Of a stretch of DNA of 64,000 bases, positions 40,962 through 52,478 are shown piece after piece (position 1 is the stretch's first letter; each line of letters starts with the position of its first letter). The DNA lies in contig OX597823.1 of NCBI GenBank assembly GCA_951406725.2, positions 97,402,001 to 97,466,000 on the forward strand, given 5' to 3'. The notes below the pieces were generated by a model. That model ran no database searches. It had not been told where the DNA came from and worked only from the letters and a program-made list of their open reading frames with translations. This DNA comes from Octopus vulgaris. Lineage: Eukaryota. The translations under genes and the position numbers were made by a program.

Positions 40962-42204
40962 CACACTATGGCAACACCATTGTTATGTTTTCATAATTTT
41001 GTGTAACTTCCTTTCTTTTTTACTTCCGATTCTTCAGTTTTTGGGTGAACAATGCTCACAGCTTTTGAATGAAAATAGCCCATCCAGACATTTTTTCAGA
41101 AAATGAAGGGTAATGATACATATTATCTATATATTGAGTATGTATTTAACAGAAAACCATAATAATATTATAAAATTTTTTGACATAATGAATTATTTAG
41201 GTACATTAGCACCAAAGAAGAAACAATTCAATTGTGAGACCTCTAAGACTATGACAAATAGGGATTTAAGGAATTTTGGTCACAAGTTATATGGGAAACC
41301 TGGGCAAACAAGCAGAGCCATTTACACCACCTCTGGACTTTCTCATATACTGAAAACCACCAGAAATCATTTCCTTGAGACCATGGCTTCCATGCGAGAA
41401 TCCCAGAAACTGCCTCCTCACAAGTATTTGAGGCTTCAATGGAACCAAAAGTACATGACATCAGATATGAGTTGTGTTTTTTTTCACTAACAAAACCAGG
41501 ACGATCCTTGACGAACCTGAAAGTTGGGCAAATGTTTGGGTTTATTTTGGAATTGAGCATCACCAAAGTTTATGACATCAACAACAGGGTGGAAGAGTCC
41601 TGTTGTGGGCTGATATCATTGGGGACAGGCTTGTTGGCCCAGTCAAGGTGCTTTGATTAGGTTAAAGTGACTGCAGCCACCTACTGCAATCTCCTGAAGG
41701 AATTTTGTATTCATGCATGACATTGCTCCGTTCCACTCTGCCAGGATGACCCAAACACTCCTAGGGTCTTACGGCATACAATGTGGCCACTAGCCTCTCT
41801 GGATCGCAACCCTACCAAAAATCTTTGGTCCATCATTAAACAAGATGTTAATGCCGATGGGCGCCAGTTTACATCAAAAGATATCTTATGGGTAACCATC
41901 AAAGCTGCAGCACCCAGCTACTATTAAGGAATTGACAGTTTCCATGACTAATAGGGTTTTTGAAGTTATCTGTTGAAATGGTGTTCATGTGACTAAATAA
42001 TTCATTATGTCAATGAATGTTATAATATTATTAAGGTTTTGTGTTAAATATACACTCAATGTATGTTTTATATGTATCATTAACCTTCATTTTTCATTCA
42101 AAAGATATTAGTGTGATTCACCCCAAAACTGAAGAATCTGAAATAAAAAAGAAAGGACATTACACAAAATAATGAAAACATAACAATGGTGTTGCCATAG
42201 TGTG
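40962..42204 (+). mobile_element. Decayed Tc1-like transposon with long TIRs
   Basis: TIRs of at least 85 bp (CACACTATGGCAACACC...); remnant MHD.AP.H and WPLASLDRNPTKNLWSIIKQ (the WPxxSPDLNPIENLW motif). Confidence 0.85.
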
Positions 42205-42300
42205 CAAACCAATTGGGAAAAGTTTTATCAAAATCGACTTACAGAAAACCAAGAAATCCTAAATTTCACTTCTAAGCTATTAGCGTGGTTTTGCATGTAT

Positions 42301-42339
<39 letters not shown>

Positions 42340-42783
42340 CGTGCGCGACAGGCTTCTATAGGTTTCTGTCTACCAAATTTGCTCACAAGGCTTTGGTTAG
42401 ATTGAGGCTATAGTAGAAGACATTTGCCCAAGGTGTCATGCAATGAAACTGAACCCAGTACCATGTGGCTGGGAAGCAAGTTTCTTACCACACATATTTT
42501 ATTTTATACTTTTACTTGATGCAGTATGCATTGTTTATGTTTTTACATTTTGCCTTTGTAATAAATCTTCAGTCATCCAATGTGGCTTTCCTGTTTTAAT
42601 GTAGGAGAGTGTGATTTTAAGGAGAGGATCTCACGTTAGCTAGTGAGAGGAGGGCTTTTATTGTTGTTGATAGTAGGAGTTTTTCATGGAACCCTGTTTG
42701 AAACAACATGGGGTTTAGAACAAGTGATAGAAATAAGTTAATGAGTTGCAAGAAAGAAAAATAAGATGATGGTGGTGACGCAC

Positions 42784-42851
42784 CTGTATGCATTCGTGCT
42801 GAATACTTGGTTGCTGAACATCCTCCCTTTGTGCACATGAAAGCTTTGACA
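42784..42851 (-). CDS. R3 RPTP exon (VKAFMCTKGGCSATKYSARMHT)
   Basis: tag / gtgcgt, 68 nt, phase 2-1; bridges the CNG exon and the TM exon in frame. Confidence 0.88.
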
Positions 42852-42914
42852 CTAGAGAAACAGAAAGAAAATAAAGATTAATATATATATGTGTGAGTGC
42901 ATTTTCTTTTTTCT

Positions 42915-43322
42915 TTTTATTTGTTTAAGTCATTTGACTGCAGCCATGATGGAGCACCGCCTTTAGTCGACCAAATCAACCCCAGGACTTATTCTTTGTA
43001 AGTCTAGTGCTTATTCTATTGGTCTCTCTTGCCAAACCGCTAAGTTACGGGGACGTAAACACACCAGCATCGGTTGTCAAGCAATGTTGGGGGGGACAAG
43101 CACAGACACACAAACATACACACACACACACACACACACTCATATATATATACATATATACGACAGGCTTCTTTCAGTTCCTGTCTACCAAATCCACTCA
43201 CAAGGCTTTGGTTGGCCGAGGCTATAGTAGAAGACACTAGCCCAAGGTGTCATGCAGTGGGACTGAACACAGAACCATGTGGTTCGTAAGCAAGCTACTT
43301 ACCACACAGCCACTCCTACGCC
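42915..43322 (-). mobile_element. SINE family A
   Basis: Similarity to the other copies. Confidence 0.8.
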
Positions 43323-43794
43323 TATATATGTATGTCTATATATATATATACATGAAATAAGAATAAAAGGAAACATGTACAAAACAAAACTCAACTTTTT
43401 AAATTGTATGAAAAATAATTAAATTCAAGATCATTAGTTTGTCGCAATGACTAAAAAACTAAATAAAAAGGATGATGATGATGATAATGATGACGATGAT
43501 AATGGCGATGGTGGTAGTGGTGGTGTTGGTGTGATGGTGGTAATAGTGGTAGTGGTGGTAGCGGTGATGATAATGGTGGTGGTGGTGGTGTTAGTGACTT
43601 TCATGATGACAATGATGATGTCTGCAATGATAACCTATATGATTGATTAACAGAAGAACAAAAATCTGTGTATGAAGTCCAAATACAAACATCTATTAAT
43701 AATTAACAATAAACAAAACAAACAAAACCCAAAAAAGATGTTGTCATTGCAACATAACAGGAAAAAGATATTTACATCAAGTGAGTCAGTTCAT

Positions 43795-43979
43795 GATAGA
43801 TCGCTAGCCACTACACATTCTTTATTTTCTCTCCTTGTTTCTTTCTATGTTCCTTTTTGTTGAAGAGCATAGGCTCGAAACATTAAAGACTTTTTCACTT
43901 CCTGAGTGTTATACTAATACATCTGTTTGTTGTCTACACCACCTGTCTTCGTTTTTTTGTGTTTTTTTGTGAATTCTCT

Positions 43980-44023
<44 letters not shown>

Positions 44024-44207
44024 TAACCAGTCGCCATGCCTGATCGCTAAATCCTTCTCTGTTTATTTTCTCTTATTCCTTTCTGCTGAAGAGCATAAGC
44101 TCGAAACATAAAAGACATTCTCACTTTCCTGAATGTCAAACTAATACACCTTCTTGTTCTTCATACACCTGTCTTTGTCTTTTGTTTTTTTGTGAATTCT
44201 CCCCATA
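43795..44207 (+). repeat. Two head-to-tail PLE-like terminal repeats, each with a hammerhead-like motif
   Basis: Motifs at 43853-43888 and 44079-44114, 226 bp apart. Confidence 0.65.
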
Positions 44208-44560
44208 TGTGACCATGCAAGATGTATACATTAGCAATGACAGTAGTTTGTAGCAGTCATTGAATTCCATAACCAAAGTAAGAGGCATAAGTTCGTGCAG
44301 CAGTTGACTTTGGCTGGTCAGTTACCAGACAAACCGTCTATACATGCTCAATGGCCTGCAAAGTGGTTGGCATTAGGAAGGGCATCCAGCCATAGAAACC
44401 ATGTTAAAGCAGACAGTAGAGCTTGGTGCAACCTTCTGACTTGTCAGCCCCTGTGAAACCCTCTGACCCATGCCAGCATGGAAGGAGGACGTTAAATACT
44501 GAGGATCCTGATGAAGGTGATGTACATATATATGTGTGTCTATATATATATATATATATA

Positions 44561-44604
<44 letters not shown>

Positions 44605-44981
44605 TCATCATCATCATTGTCGCTGTCATTTAATGTCTGCTTTCCATGTTTCCATTTACAGCTTTTCCTTTTCTTTTTTCTCTTCCTTTTTCCTTTTTTC
44701 TCCTCTCAACCTCCGACCTTCTGTCAATATTCCTCTGGTAAAGTTCAAACCATTCTGATGATGTTTGTTACATGGAACGAGATAAATGCAAGTTTACCTC
44801 AAAATTAACAAACTGAAACCGTCGTGAATGTTATCTTAACCGTAATTAAACTATGATCATTCAGTACTAACGATCAACTTGTAATTGTTTCATGTTGCTC
44901 TATTTCTTCTCTAATCTTATCTGAATATATTAAATCATGGTTTGCCCTTAAATTACCAACTACTGTTAGCTGTTCAATAAT

Positions 44982-45175
44982 TTGGACCTGGAGATCTCCA
45001 TTTCCAGCGACTTCGAAGGCCACCTCCCAGTGGTGTCGGGTGTCAACGATGTACCCTCAACTACAACAAGACGACCAAAGTTTTTTTTTTTTCCCCAAGG
45101 TCTGGGGTCTCCCGCCCCTAAGCCCTAGACCATCACCTAATCACCCTTACCCGTCTTGTTGCTTAACAACAACAA
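44982..45175 (+). repeat. ~200-bp dispersed repeat with (AAC)n tail
   Basis: Inverted copy at 23560-23755. Confidence 0.7.
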
Positions 45176-46396
45176 CTACTGTTAACCTTACAGCAAGGCC
45201 TATACATAGTTAAGTAATGCACCAGTAGCACCTACAGATGCATTCATCCCTCAGATAGTTGCATAACCTCTGACTCATAATTCTCTCTCTATATATATAT
45301 ATACATACCTATAAATACTTCACTATCTCTTTATAACGTCATTTCACAGCATTCTATATCTCCCCCTCCCCGCCTTCGACAGCGCTTTCACACTCTCTCT
45401 CTCTCTCTCTACGTCTGTCTGCATTCATAGAGAGAATTATCATCGCCACAACCATCACCACACAATCATGAGAACAAATATTATGAATGAGATATTTATT
45501 GGGTTAATTTATATATATGTGTGTGTGTTCTATATATAAATATGTATATATAATGTATATATACAAAGTGTATATATCTGTATTTATGTATATTAAACTT
45601 TTTAATACTTTTTGATAGTTATATATATTTTTTAAAAATTATAAATATAAATTAATAATTTAATTTTAAATTTAAATAATTTAAATTTTAAATTTTATAT
45701 TTTATATATTTTGTATATTATATTTTTATTTTTATGTTTTGGTTTATGTTTTTCACTGTTTGATTTGCCTAATAGTGAAAAGGGATCAAAATGGGGCTGG
45801 AAGGGGATTAAAATTTACAGGAGCGGGTGTTTAGGAATTCTCTGTTACATCAAGCTAAAAAATTTGCACCAGCCTTTTAATCCTCAATGTGTTGCCGTCC
45901 ATGATGAAGAAGTTTTGAATGCTTGCCATGGTGAGTCTACTGTCATGAGAAAGAATCACTTCAAAATTTGGTGTTTAGGAATTTTCTTTTACATCAAGTT
46001 CAAAATTTTACGCCAGCCGTTAAGCTGCCACTATATTGCTGTCCGTCGTTAAGAAATGCCAGCCATGGTGACTCTACTATCCTCAGATTCTATCCCTTCA
46101 AACTTTGGTTTCCAATATTTTATTATTTTTATTCAGCTAGCAAGTTCGTCTTTCCCTTTTAAATGTTAGTGTTTTGCTGTCTGCCTTGAAGCAGACCTTT
46201 CCGTTGTCATTGCCTGATATTTATGATTGATCTTTGAAAATATATTTCTTTCTTAACTTACTCAAGATCTTTTGTTTATAAATGGGAGTGAGATAGATAA
46301 AGATAGAGTAAGAGAAAGCGAGGGAGAGTCCGAGAGTAAGGAAGAGTAAGACAGTGGGAAAGTGAGAGAGAAAGGAGAGAGAAACAAAGAGGGAGA

Positions 46397-46637
46397 ATCA
46401 TCATCATCATCATCGTTTAACGTCCGTTTTTCGTGTTAGCACGGGTTGGACGGTTTGACCGGGTTCTGGGAAGCCAGGAGACTGCACCAGGCTCCAGTCT
46501 GATCTGGCAGTGCTTCTACAGCTGGATGCCCTTCAAACGCCAACCACTCCATGAGTGTAGTGGGGGTTTTTCGTGCCACCAGCACAGGTGCCGGGGGGGG
46601 GGCAGGGGCCACGAATGGTTGGTGCTTTTTACGTGCC
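46397..46637 (-). mobile_element. RTE 3' UTR fragment; similar pieces at 52655-53090 (-) and 53385-53647 (+)
   Basis: (GAT)n tail and conserved RTE 3' end. Confidence 0.75.
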
Positions 46638-46721
46638 GAAAGGAAGCAACAGAAAGTAGCAACCATACTCTTACCCGCGCGTAGAGCAGGTCACCTTAAG
46701 CTAGTATGTATATATATATAT

Positions 46722-47091
46722 ATATATAAGAAAATAGTAAAGTGTGAAAAAACGACAGAAGGCTTAAATGTTAAAAAATATATATATTTGTGTCAAAATG
46801 TCTGGAGAATATTGGAAAACTTTTTTTTTTCCTTTCCTTAAAATGACATAATTTTAAAATTTTTAAAGAAATTACCGGTTTCGCGTGTAGCTTTTCAAAT
46901 TTCTGGTCACAAGAAATTTGAAAAGCTACACGCGAAACCGGTAATTTCTTTAAAAATTTTAAAATTATGTCATTTTAAGGAAAGGAAAAAAAGTTTTCCA
47001 ATATTCTCCAGACATTTTGACACAAATATATATATTTTTTAACATTTAAGCCTTCTGTCGTTTTTTCACACTTTACTATTTTCTTATATAT
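46722..47091. repeat. Near-perfect palindrome (183/180-bp arms, 7-nt spacer)
   Basis: Arms 46722-46904 and 46912-47091; the only difference I see is a T10 versus A7 run. Confidence 0.95.
46911..46950 (+). ncRNA. Minimal type I hammerhead ribozyme, U3-A8 variant; mirror copy on the minus strand at ~46867-46904
   Basis: AAGAAAT-TTGAAAA-GC-TACAC-GC-GAAAC-CG-GTA-ATTTCTT: 7-bp helix I, 2-bp stem II, palindromic ACCGGT helix III, GUA cleavage triplet. Confidence 0.7.
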
Positions 47092-47124
47092 TCACCCACG
47101 TGCTTTACCAAACAAACTTTCTTA

Positions 47125-47165
<41 letters not shown>

Positions 47166-48448
47166 ATATACATATGTATGTATGTATTTGTGTCTATACA
47201 TGTCCCCCAACATCACTTGACAACTGATGTTGGTATGTTTACATCCCTGTAATTAGCGGTTCAGCAAAAGAGACTGATAGAATAAGTACTAGGCTTACAA
47301 AGAATAAGTCCTGGGGCCAATTTATTCAACTAAAGGCAGTGCTCCAGCATGGTCGCAGTGAAATGACTGACAGAAATAAAAGAATATATATATAAAGAGA
47401 AAAACAACTTGTTTTAAATCTCTGGGCAAGAGATGTACTGTAACAGTACCAAATAGTAAAGTTTATTTGCCCCCCCCCCCCCCTATATATATTATACATG
47501 TATATTTGTGTGTGTGTGCTGTGTGTACAAACATTTAAACATGTATAAACTGGATTGAATTTAACTGAATAAGAAACCAATGTTGAAATTTACCTTCACC
47601 CATCTGGTGCAGTACAACCATTACCAGCATATTGAACCAAATGCCGTCACACCATTAGGCAATCCTTCATTCACCAATATACAACTGCTCTTAACCAACT
47701 GATATGCTGTATCAAGTCTCTCTCTGCCTTTTCTATCTTTACAACATTAGCTTCTCCTGTTTTGATCTAGAAAACTAGATGTGCCCTCTAAAAAACGACA
47801 ACCAAACACTAGATGCACCTGCCTTCTTTCATACCTCAACCCAAGTGTATTTCCATCTCTGGGCCCCATATTGAATACTCCCAACCAATCTTTTCCTCCA
47901 AGAGTCATAATTCTTGGATTTCTTTTTCTCTCCATATCTCCCACATCTTCCCATATTTTTCTAATTTTTTTCTCTTTTTCCACAATTTTCTATATTTTCC
48001 CATACTGGCATCAATCTGCAGTCAGGCGACCTTTTAATAGCATCTAAATTTCCCTCAAATCACACTCTCCAGTCTTCAAAAAAGGAGAACTCTTCTAAAA
48101 AGACATGAAGGCCATGGTTGGAATGCTTTGACCATAGGTCTGTTCAATCAGGATTGAAGCTAAACAACAACAATATCTACTCTGTAAGGATTAGCTTCAA
48201 GCACTGTTGTTTTTTTTACTTTCTTCATCTAAAGTACAACAAACATACATTACACTATTTGAATATGCAGTCATCTGACCTGCTAGAAATAGCAACCAAT
48301 TCTTTCTTAAATTACATTCTACTATCTGAAAAATGTTACACTAAATAATTGGTTCCTGGTTTCCTGCACTTAAAAATACAGGATGATCATGGTTGGAATG
48401 GTCTTGATCATAGGTCTGCACAGTGTTGTTGTTGTTACTGTAACTCAC

Positions 48449-48542
48449 CGGTAATATCTGTCGGGTTTCAAATAGCCATTGCAATATATTTTGGTATCTT
48501 CACAATCCTCTTCAGCGCCAAGTATGTAAATAGTGTTCATGT
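48449..48542 (-). CDS. R3 RPTP exon (DMNTIYILGAEEDCEDTKIYCNGYLKPDRYYR)
   Basis: cag / gtgagt, 94 nt, phase 1-2; CNGxLKPxxxY membrane-proximal motif. Confidence 0.93.
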
Positions 48543-49082
48543 CTGTAAAGAACAAAGAAATTGCTGGAAAATAGTACTACTGCAGAATATTGATTACACA
48601 ACATTAAGGGTGGTGGATTGGTACATTTGGCATTGAATCACATAAAATGTCTTTTATGATTTGAGTTAGTATATCTTTTATGTTCTGAGTTCAAATCCTT
48701 AAGATGATGGCTTTGTTTTTCATTTTCCATTTTTCATTTTTTTTTATTACTGAAATTGAAAAAAACAACAAATATGAAATTGGTTCAGAGAAAAGAGCTG
48801 TACTCATGGCCATTGTTGGCCCTCTGAACCTCGGGACATACATGTTATTAATGTTTTTCTTAAAGAACTACCAGGTGATAGCTGAAGAAAAAATTCATAG
48901 ACTGATGTTCTGAGAAGGAATAACTAGAAAAAGTTGTTAGTGCATAAAATAGGAAGGGGCCACACAATATGAGAAATGAGAGGAAAAGAGTAAAGTGATC
49001 AAAATGAGCTTAAATGGATGCGACATGAGAATGGCTATCTCTAAAAAGCAGAAACCATTGTAGTATCAGTAAAAAAACAAAA

Positions 49083-49123
<41 letters not shown>

Positions 49124-50300
49124 TAGCATGTTTGTGTGGTTCAAGTTTAGATTATGTTTGTGAACAACTTCCTGCTATTTAGGTGGATAGCATAGTACTA
49201 GAGGTCATAGAAGTGACTGTCAACCATTCACAATGTGTGACCTTGTGTCAAAATTGGAAATTAGTAATGATTTTTAGCAAAGGCACAGATTACATATTTC
49301 ATCGGAAGGGTATAGTCAATTAAGTCAACCACTGTACTTTACTTTATAAACACTGTAAGGATTATCAGTTAGTCTTATTTCTTTACTGCCTATAAGGGAC
49401 TACACACAGAGGGGACAAACAAGGACAGACAAATGGATTAAGTCGATTATATCGACCCCAGTATGTAACTGGTACTTATTTAATCGACCCCGAAAGGATG
49501 AAAGGTAAAGTCGACCTCGGCGGAATTTGAACTCAGAACGTAGCGGAAAACGAAATACCACTAAGCATTTTGCCCAGCATGCTAACTATTCTGCCAGTTG
49601 GTCTTGGCAGAATTTGAACTCAGAACAAAACTAAATACAAAAGAGTAATCTGTTTGGTACTCTGCTAATTGTGCCATTTACGACCCTGATAATAATAATG
49701 ATGATGATGATGATGATGATGATGAGAATGACGCTAATAATATTAATAACAATGACGGTCTCTCCTGTCAAAGGCAACATATGAACGTCCGGCTTTTGCT
49801 GAATGACCTGCACAAATGATTTGTTTATAGCGATCAAATGTTCATGTTGCACCTTAGCTTGCTCTCTCCTTCTAATCAACGTTTGAACAGGTGCCTGTGT
49901 ACCCTGCATCAGGTTTCAAAGTGGTCGTTGAACAATGTGAGATGAAGCATTTTATTCAAGAATACAAGACACCACCCGGTCTAGGAATTGAAACAATGAT
50001 CTCGCAGTTATGAGTGCAAAACCCTAACCACTGATAATGATTTCATATTTTGGCACAGTTATATCTGATATATGCATAAGGCCTGAAATTTTGAGGTGTG
50101 GGATCCAGTCATTTATGGTGGCTCTAGTGCTCATCTTGTACTTATTTTAGTGATCCTAAAAGGAAGAAAGGTAAAGCCAACCACAGTGACATTTGAACTC
50201 AGAAAGTATTGAAATAGATGAAATACCGCTAAGCATTTCGTCCAGCATGCTAATGATTCTGCCAGCTTGCTGCCTGAATAATTATAATAATAATAATAAC

Positions 50301-50354
<54 letters not shown>

Positions 50355-50749
50355 GTTGAGCATGTCTCTTAGTGGCTGACGATATGAGCAGTAGTTGGGG
50401 AGCATCATAGCCATGTGTTGAGAGGGATTCTTTGGGATTTGAATAATTCACCTCTGGAAGCATCCTTAAACAATCCTTATTCAGGGACCTTTTGAGTGCG
50501 ATGGGTTACTCGACCAGAAGAAAATTCTAATTGGGCCCCACCTGAAAAGTCATGTGCTGTTTATCTTGATATGAGATCACCACGTCGCACACATTTGGTT
50601 GTGATGCATGTGCCTAGTGTACCCTTATCAGATGGGTAGTCATGATGGGTATACTGAGCTTTGTACATTTTACCCCAGTGTCACTTTGATGGCATGCACT
50701 GCTCTCTCACTCAATAATAATAATGATAATAATAATAATAATAATAATG

Positions 50750-50790
<41 letters not shown>

Positions 50791-50999
50791 CATAAACAAT
50801 AACAACAACAACAAGAATCCTTTCTACTAAAGGCACAAGGCCTAAAATTTGGTGGGAGGGTACTAATCAGTTACATTGACCCCAGTGTTTCACTGGTTCT
50901 TAATTTATCGACCTTGAAAGTATGAAAGGTAAAGTTAACCATGACAAAATTTGAATTCAGAACGTAAAGCTGGACGAAATGCCACTAAGCATTTTGCCT

Positions 51000-51538
51000 A
51001 TATTTCTGAGATGAGAAATTATGAACATAATTTACAATGGATGGATAGGTGCCCTCACCTTGTTTATTGGTATCACAATGTTTTGGCTGATGTACTCCCA
51101 GTCTTCATCAGGTGTTCTGGTGGAATTTCAAATCCAACCCTTTATTTGACTAATGGGGTAGACTGTTCATTCCTAAGGTATGTTACTGATATTGTTTTTC
51201 TGTTGATCTTATTTTTCAAGTTCCTGCCTGGGATTGAACTTACAATCCATGTGTTAGTAGCCCGTGCTGTTATCCACTATGCTATCTATCTGTGGGCAAC
51301 TACAGAGTGAATTTTAGAGCTTATAAACCTAGTATTTTATATTTCCTTATAACTGGTTCCCATATTACATTCATATCTACAATAGGTCTGCTTAGGAGGT
51401 TATTGTGTCCTAACATAAGTGCAACCTCTTTTAATTGTCATATTTTCCAGTGGTGTTCTCTGTTGATTATCTTAACTTCATCCCACAGCGGGAGGTGGTC
51501 TCCATTTTTCCATACATGATCAGCTATACCTGATTTTT
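51000..51538 (-). mobile_element. Penelope-like element 3' end: GIY-YIG C-terminus, tRNA-like module, hammerhead
   Basis: 51321-51538 translates KSGIADHVWKNGDHLPLWDEVKIINREHHWKI*QLKE...; tRNA-like 51222-51297; CTGATGA...CC(A)AAAC at 51074-51114. Confidence 0.75.
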
Positions 51539-52214
51539 GCCCGGCATTTTAAAACTTTTTCACTATAGGCACAAGGCCTGAAATTTTGTAGGAGGGCATA
51601 GTCAATTACATCAATCCCAATATGGGACTTATTTTATTGACCCTTAATGCTGGAAGAAATTCTGCTATTTTGCCCAACATACAAACAAGTCTGTCATTAT
51701 GATAATAATAAGTTTTAACATAGATAGGAAACCAGTATTTATTCTTGTTTATTATGCTCCAAGTTCAAAGCTCACTGAGGTCAACTTTGCCTTTCCCCCT
51801 CGGTATCAGTTAAGTACTGGAGGTGATGATGGTTGATTAAGCCCCACTACTGAAAATTGTAGGCAATGCACTTAAATTAGAAAATGTTATGATATAAGTT
51901 GTGTGTACTGTTTGTATTGTTGTTGTTTAATTGTTGGTCAGCCCTGAATATGCAGTTCTATGATTAAAATATAAAATAAAAAAAAACATTCTGTTCATGA
52001 CCATACATTTTGCCTTTCAGTCTGTCTATGGTGTACTATTAAGACTATTTAATCCAGTGTGTTCCATTTTGGTAAGACAGTAAGTAATGACATGAGAAAA
52101 ATGTAGCTGTTATTTCTAGCTTGTGTAGTGACTGCAAAATGGCTTTCGCTTAAGCTAACATCTGCAGTGATGATGGCGATAGTGATGGAGGTAGTGGTGG
52201 TACAACTACAACAA

Positions 52215-52337
<123 letters not shown>

Positions 52338-52352
52338 ATTCGGATAGCTTAC

Positions 52353-52478
52353 CGTTACTCAGAATAGAAGGTGGCTTCCAGTCAGTTGGTGTTGGTCGGT
52401 AAGAATATGCAGTTTCTTTATCATATACCTCTTTCCATTCTTTTAGCTCTCTTGGATAAAGTTGTGAATGTTCCTGAT
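52353..52478 (-). CDS. R3 RPTP extracellular exon (DQEHSQLYPRELKEWKEVY...PPSILSN)
   Basis: cag / gtaagc, 126 nt, phase 1-1. Confidence 0.88.

Noticed and set aside
45015-45050. Possible HDV-like ribozyme (GGCCACCTCCCAGTGG...)
   Set aside because: Could not build the P1/P1.1/P2 double pseudoknot by eye
47405-47470. Possible exon (FTIWYCYSTSLAQRFKT)
   Set aside because: No credible splice sites; exon 42784-42851 supplies the needed phase and motif
51440-51442. In-frame TGA in the PLE GIY-YIG remnant as a selenocysteine codon
   Set aside because: It falls at a typically Arg position, so CGA-to-TGA decay is simpler; no SECIS seen
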